The position numbers and the translations under genes were made by a program. Positions 59,224 through 64,000 of a DNA stretch of 64,000 nt are shown in pieces. The notes under the pieces are model-generated. The model was not told the origin of the DNA, made no database searches, and worked only from the letters and a program-made list of their open reading frames with translations. The DNA lies in the IMG/VR virus record IMGVR_UViG_3300021962_000074, positions 12,671 to 76,670 of that record; one strand, written 5' to 3'. The stretch is from a virus. How positions within the stretch are numbered: the first letter of the stretch is position 1; each line of letters begins with the position of its first letter.

Positions 59224-60894
59224 ATGGCTGGTAGATTTAGAGCAAATACATTAGCGTTGACAACTTCGTCAACTGAGATATATCAGTGTCCCGCTGGTGT
59301 TGATGCGTCAATACATGGACTGGTAATTACAAATACCACAGCGTCAAACGCTACATTTGGAATCACTTTATATAAAGCAACACCTTCTCCAGCTACTACT
59401 ACCACAATTGCTTCTGATATTTTCGTTGCCAATAATTCAGCCTATAATTGGGCTCGTCCTATTAATCTAAATGCTGGAGATATTGTATCTCTATCAGCAA
59501 ACATTGATAGTCGTCTAGTTGCTGTTGCATCAACATATGAAGCCAATGCAGTCAAGCAAGGATATACTATTCAAGGCGATTTTAGTGGTGCTACATCTTA
59601 TGGCACGAATGATGTTGTTGCCTACAGCGGCACAAGTTATATTGCAATACAACCATCTAGTGGCGTCACTCCAGGAACTGATGCTAGTAAGTGGATGATA
59701 TTTGGTACGGAAGGTGCACAAGGTAAGCAGGGTGCACAAGGCGTGCAAGGTGCTCAAGGACCACAGGGGCTCACTGGTCTGCAAGGACCGCAGGGTGTTC
59801 AGGGTGTACAAGGTCCACAAGGTGTTGAAGGAGCGCAGGGTGTTGCTGGTGCTCAGGGTGTGCAAGGAAGGCAAGGACATCAAGGTCCGCAAGGTGTTCA
59901 AGGCGTCCAAGGTCCACAAGGATTTCAAGGACACCAAGGTGTGCAAGGTGTTCAAGGTCCACAAGGAGTGCAAGGAGTCCAAGGTCCACAAGGATTTCAA
60001 GGACATCAAGGCGTTCAAGGTGTTCAGGGTCCACAAGGTGTTCAAGGTGTGCAAGGACATCAAGGCGTGCAGGGTGTCCAAGGTCCACAAGGAGTTCAGG
60101 GTGTACAAGGATTGCCTGGAGAGTATGCAGCAATAGGACTACAGGGTCATCAAGGCGTTCAAGGTGTTCAGGGTCCACAAGGATTTCAAGGTCATCAAGG
60201 CGTTCAAGGTGTTCAGGGTCCACAAGGATTTCAAGGACATCAAGGCGTTCAAGGTGTTCAGGGTCCACAAGGATTTCAAGGACATCAAGGTGTGCAAGGC
60301 GTCCAAGGTCCACAAGGATTTCAAGGACATCAAGGTGTGCAAGGCGTCCAAGGTCCACAAGGATTTCAAGGACATCAAGGTGTGCAAGGCGTCCAAGGTC
60401 CACAAGGATTTCAAGGACATCAAGGCGTTCAAGGTGTTCAGGGTCCACAAGGTGTTCAAGGAGTACAAGGTCCACAAGGATTTCAAGGACATCAAGGTGT
60501 GCAAGGCGTTCAAGGTCCACAAGGTGTGCAAGGCGTTCAAGGTCCACAAGGTGTGCAAGGAAATCCAAGTCCCAAGTCATACACTATTATAAATCCAGTG
60601 GCTGGAGATGAGTATACTCTGTTTTACACAGTAACTGATCTGAGTATCTCAGATGTAAATGCTGTGTTAGCTGGAGGCACATCTAGCCCGCAAGTCAGTT
60701 ACAGTATTAACTCAGGGACAAGTCGCGCAACTACATTAACCTCTCATGTAAACGAAAATGTTGTTAGCAGCACAACAACTTCTGATGCAGCTATCAGCAT
60801 TATACAAGGTGTGCAGGGTGGAAGATTTGTTTGGGTCAATATTGCTGGAGTTCAAGGAACTGTTCCAGAATTTCATGTTTCATTAAATTTCTAA
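59224..60894 (+). CDS. collagen-like fibre with GFQ-GHQ repeats and a CBM5/12-like module
   Basis: [14 protein letters not shown]......TPGTDASKW; ([15 protein letters not shown])n. Confidence 0.85.
   Translation: MAGRFRANTLALTTSSTEIYQCPAGVDASIHGLVITNTTASNATFGITLYKATPSPATTTTIASDIFVANNSAYNWARPINLNAGDIVSLSANIDSRLVAVASTYEANAVKQGYTIQGDFSGATSYGTNDVVAYSGTSYIAIQPSSGVTPGTDASKWMIFGTEGAQGKQGAQGVQGAQGPQGLTGLQGPQGVQGVQGPQGVEGAQGVAGAQGVQGRQGHQGPQGVQGVQGPQGFQGHQGVQGVQGPQGVQGVQGPQGFQGHQGVQGVQGPQGVQGVQGHQGVQGVQGPQGVQGVQGLPGEYAAIGLQGHQGVQGVQGPQGFQGHQGVQGVQGPQGFQGHQGVQGVQGPQGFQGHQGVQGVQGPQGFQGHQGVQGVQGPQGFQGHQGVQGVQGPQGFQGHQGVQGVQGPQGVQGVQGPQGFQGHQGVQGVQGPQGVQGVQGPQGVQGNPSPKSYTIINPVAGDEYTLFYTVTDLSISDVNAVLAGGTSSPQVSYSINSGTSRATTLTSHVNENVVSSTTTSDAAISIIQGVQGGRFVWVNIAGVQGTVPEFHVSLNF
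60142..60495 (+). repeat. 45-bp tandem repeat array ([15 protein letters not shown])
   Basis: Several consecutive near-identical or identical 45-nt units. Confidence 0.85.
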
Positions 60895-60896
60895 TC

Positions 60897-61481
60897 ATGG
60901 CTACTAGAGTATATCTCAGAGAATTTTATTCTGGAGTTGATGCGGCTACTGGAGATGGTTATAAGTTAGCCAGAACAACCAGAGGAAGTTTGTCAACTTC
61001 AATAGTAATCAATCCAACAAACGGATCTAATAATTCAGTTTGGACATTAACAGAAGGTGGTTCTGTAACTGCTTGGATTACAGAAGCATTGGAACCGCAA
61101 ACTATTTCAGGGACAACAACTTTTAATTTTTGGGCTTCGGAAAGTCAAGCGCAACTTAATGCATACGCTTCAGTAGAACTTTTCAAATTACCAAGAGGAT
61201 CAACTACTGAAACAAGTATTTTTGGTCCTGTTAGAGATGATGTAGAAATGGGTACAACCTCTAGTGCTTTAAATTGGTCTGATACATTAGCCTCAGTATC
61301 CTTCAATAAAGGCGATAGAATTGTGATTAAGGCTTTATGCGCTGGTGGTGGAACAGTATCTAACAATGGACCTAGAACTGCCACATTATACTATGGTGGC
61401 TCTACTGCAGATGCCGAAGGTGACTCATGGATAGAATTTCCAGATTTAGTATTTCAACAACGAAACATATCAGGAACATAA
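60897..61481 (+). CDS. putative fibre-tip protein
   Basis: MATRVYLR start after the fibre stop; beta-rich, KGDRIVI motif. Confidence 0.6.
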   Translation: MATRVYLREFYSGVDAATGDGYKLARTTRGSLSTSIVINPTNGSNNSVWTLTEGGSVTAWITEALEPQTISGTTTFNFWASESQAQLNAYASVELFKLPRGSTTETSIFGPVRDDVEMGTTSSALNWSDTLASVSFNKGDRIVIKALCAGGGTVSNNGPRTATLYYGGSTADAEGDSWIEFPDLVFQQRNISGT

Positions 61482-64000
61482 ATGGCTGATTTTCCAGAAA
61501 GTCCAACAGTTGGTCAAGTTTTTGTATCCTCAGACTTTACAAATTGGGTCTGGGATGGATACTCATGGAAAGCCACAAACTATGGACTGATCAAGTTACC
61601 AGTTTCACAAAACAGTTCGAGCACAATGCTTGCGAACTCTATGAATTTTGTGAACAGCGAAGCAATCATAGCAAATGTCAATTATGATTCTGTCAGCGGA
61701 AATGCTAATGTATCAATAGAATGGGTTGAGTTAGTTGATCCTGTAGCCATGTCTTTAATATTTGGCACGGGATCAGAACCAAATCAAGTCATTCTAAAAG
61801 GTAACACGGACGAAATACTTTTTAACTATCAAGGTAGAATTGAAGCCAGTCCGTTACTTGAAGCAAACTCCGAGTTACAAACAGTTAATGTTTCAGGAGT
61901 TACAAATCGCGCTAATTTAGTTTTCCAAGGATATTATGGTGATCCTGTTTACTACACCAAGATGTGGCAAGATTATCCTGGAAATTTCAACTCAATTATA
62001 AGAAGAGCAGGATATGGTGAGGAGCAATGGTTGACAGTTGTTCCGAGTGGTCCTGACACAACGCTTTCGGTTGGATTTTCTGGTAGAGTTGGTGTTGGTA
62101 CAATAAGCCCTGCTAGAAGTCTTCATATACTGGGTGATGGTACAAATAGCCCACAGTTAAGATTGACATATGAATCTGGAACTTCTGCTATAGAATTGTA
62201 TGGATCACCTGCATCTGATCAGACCATTTATTTTGGAACCAGCAGCGGTGGTGGGACTACAACGACTCTACCAGGACAGATAATTTACAATAATCCTGCA
62301 AATCAGTTTTCGATTGTGACTGATGGTGTAGAAAGAATGCGTATTACCAATACAGCCAATGATGGTAGTGTTGGTATCGGAACAACAACTCCAACATCTA
62401 AACTGCACGTTAGTGGTAGGGTTATGATTGATGATGGAGATGGGACTGAATTAGTTGGTGGTGGTAGATTGCAACTTGTTTCTGGTTACGCATCGCCAGT
62501 ATCTGGTCGTGTTATTATGGGTGATGGCACTGGTTGGCAAATGTATGTTAGTCGCAAAACTGGTGCTGGCGCTTTAGATGATCTGTATACATTTACTGAC
62601 ACTGGCGCATTTAGCGCCACGGGATCTGTGTCAGCTGCTGGCGTAGACTTGGGTGCAACCATATCTGGAGTCCAAGGTCAGATAGCAGGTATACAAGGTC
62701 AGATCTCTGGTATTCAAGGATCAATAGCTGGAGTTCAAGGTCAGATTGCTGGTGTACAAACTATAGCAGAATCAGCAGCAAATACTGCGCGAGCATACGC
62801 AAATGGCGCAAGCGGAGTACAAAAATCTTTTCTAAATTTCAATCAAAGTGCAAATATATCTACAGCTGTTACAGCAGGAGCTGGCACCTTTGCAGGAAAT
62901 GCTAACATTTCTTTTGATTTAAGAAATACTAATGTTACTCCTGGATCATACACCTATGCTGCAATCACAGTTGATGAAAAGGGTCGTATAACTGCAGCAT
63001 CTTCTGGTTCTACTGTTTCAGGTGCGCAAGGTGTTCAAGGTGTGCAAGGACCGCAAGGAATAATTGGAACAGATGGCAGAGGTGTGGGATTGGAGTATGT
63101 GTATAATACTGGAACAACAGCACTTCTCGCATCAAGCGGTCAACTTAAATTTAACAACGCTACACCTGTTAATGCAACTAGAGCAAATATCAATGTAACT
63201 ACATCAGATGCATATTCAGCTGGTAGTTATTTAAATACTTGGAATATTGCTGATGGATCAACAAGTCCTATTGGATATCTACACATAACTAATGCTGATG
63301 CAGACAGCACAGAATTTTTATCATTTGAAGTTACAGCCAGCGCAAACGCAAACACGAATGGAGTGAAGTCTTTCACCATACAAAATGGAGTTGGAAGCGG
63401 ACTAACCAGTGGTGCTACTTATCTAGTTCAATTTATTCGAGCTGGTAGAGTTGGTGTGCAAGGCGCAGCTGGTGGTGAAGGAACCGTGGGTGTACAAGGC
63501 GTACAAGGCGTTCAAGGTCAAAAAGGTGCTGATGGATTGAGCACTGGTTCTATAACAACTGGTACACAATATACTATGGCATATTATGATGCTGCGGATG
63601 CAAATATAGATCCAGCTCCAGGAGTTCAATATTTTCCTGCAGCTGCTTCTGGGCAAGCTGGCTATCAACCCTATGTAAGTTTTTCTACCTCTGCTAATGT
63701 GCGTATAGCTGGCGCAATTATGGATACTCCAGTTCTAAGTGGATCTCAAGCAGCTTGGAGCTGCAATCACAATACAGCAGGAAAAATTATTCATACAACT
63801 GCATTATCTACTATCACATTTGACTCAGCCAGCTATTCTGGTTGGGCTGCAACTATTGTCAGAGGAACACAATCAGCAGTAACAATACAACCAAATAGAA
63901 CTGGTGCTGTTGGTGTTCAGTCTAATATGTCAACTGGTGTTACTGCAGACACTGTAACAGGAGTGACTATCAAATCATATCTGGGTGCTGCAACTGTACT
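61482..64000 (+). CDS. tail fibre protein, truncated by window end (not in ORF track)
   Basis: MADFPESPTVGQVF...WVWDGYSW; ERMRI...VGIGTTTP.SKLHV fibre repeats; short collagen segments; no stop seen by manual translation. Confidence 0.8.
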   Translation, partial: MADFPESPTVGQVFVSSDFTNWVWDGYSWKATNYGLIKLPVSQNSSSTMLANSMNFVNSEAIIANVNYDSVSGNANVSIEWVELVDPVAMSLIFGTGSEPNQVILKGNTDEILFNYQGRIEASPLLEANSELQTVNVSGVTNRANLVFQGYYGDPVYYTKMWQDYPGNFNSIIRRAGYGEEQWLTVVPSGPDTTLSVGFSGRVGVGTISPARSLHILGDGTNSPQLRLTYESGTSAIELYGSPASDQTIYFGTSSGGGTTTTLPGQIIYNNPANQFSIVTDGVERMRITNTANDGSVGIGTTTPTSKLHVSGRVMIDDGDGTELVGGGRLQLVSGYASPVSGRVIMGDGTGWQMYVSRKTGAGALDDLYTFTDTGAFSATGSVSAAGVDLGATISGVQGQIAGIQGQISGIQGSIAGVQGQIAGVQTIAESAANTARAYANGASGVQKSFLNFNQSANISTAVTAGAGTFAGNANISFDLRNTNVTPGSYTYAAITVDEKGRITAASSGSTVSGAQGVQGVQGPQGIIGTDGRGVGLEYVYNTGTTALLASSGQLKFNNATPVNATRANINVTTSDAYSAGSYLNTWNIADGSTSPIGYLHITNADADSTEFLSFEVTASANANTNGVKSFTIQNGVGSGLTSGATYLVQFIRAGRVGVQGAAGGEGTVGVQGVQGVQGQKGADGLSTGSITTGTQYTMAYYDAADANIDPAPGVQYFPAAASGQAGYQPYVSFSTSANVRIAGAIMDTPVLSGSQAAWSCNHNTAGKIIHTTALSTITFDSASYSGWAATIVRGTQSAVTIQPNRTGAVGVQSNMSTGVTADTVTGVTIKSYLGAATV

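Noticed and set aside
59870-60560. Regular repeats resembling a CRISPR array
   Set aside because: No unique spacers; in-frame coding repeats; no cas genes. The exonuclease at 4036 is a standard T4-like phage gene
40764-60592. Many long antisense and alternate-frame ORFs (e.g. 41948-43447, 50929-52824, 53041-54297)
   Set aside because: Shadows of the GXQ codon repeats, which lack stops in other frames; low-complexity LWTL/HLV/KVH translations
37469-64000. Diversity-generating retroelement acting on fibre tips
   Set aside because: No reverse transcriptase and no adenine-specific TR/VR repeat pair noticed in this window
1-64000. Alternative genetic code (stop reassignment)
   Set aside because: Core genes are full length under code 11 and TAA, TAG and TGA all end genes at expected positions

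Overview
A 64 kb segment of a large T4-like myophage (lytic tailed phage, standard genetic code). 1-9.5 kb is a + strand early/middle region with sigma70-like promoters. It holds a small basic DNA-binding protein, GIY-YIG nuclease, DenV-like glycosylase, HAD hydrolase, FmdB-like protein, PhoH, exonuclease, thermonuclease, a circularly permuted two-piece tmRNA, SleB-like hydrolase, GuaC, gp33, gp59 and gp32. 9.5-14.2 kb (- strand) holds gp48, gp26, gp51 and a tape-measure/hub-like protein with a lysozyme domain. 14.2-37.5 kb holds gp4, gp2, gp54, gp53, hub, gp5, gp25, gp6, gp7, gp8 and a DUF4815/VrlC-like protein split in two, the first half ending in a Hint (intein-like) domain. 37.5-64 kb is a cluster of Gly-X-Gln collagen-like fibres alternating with globular tip/adhesin genes that share recurring modules. 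Most notable: (1) the permuted phage tmRNA; (2) a probable -1 frameshift fusing gp26 to gp51 just before the tape-measure-like gene; (3) the Gly4|Cys...HHN Hint domain at the DUF4815 split point; (4) a modular, possibly branched collagen fibre system whose GVQ motif also occurs in non-collagen domains, which may mark a virion modification site. All protein calls come from motif recognition and synteny, not database searches.
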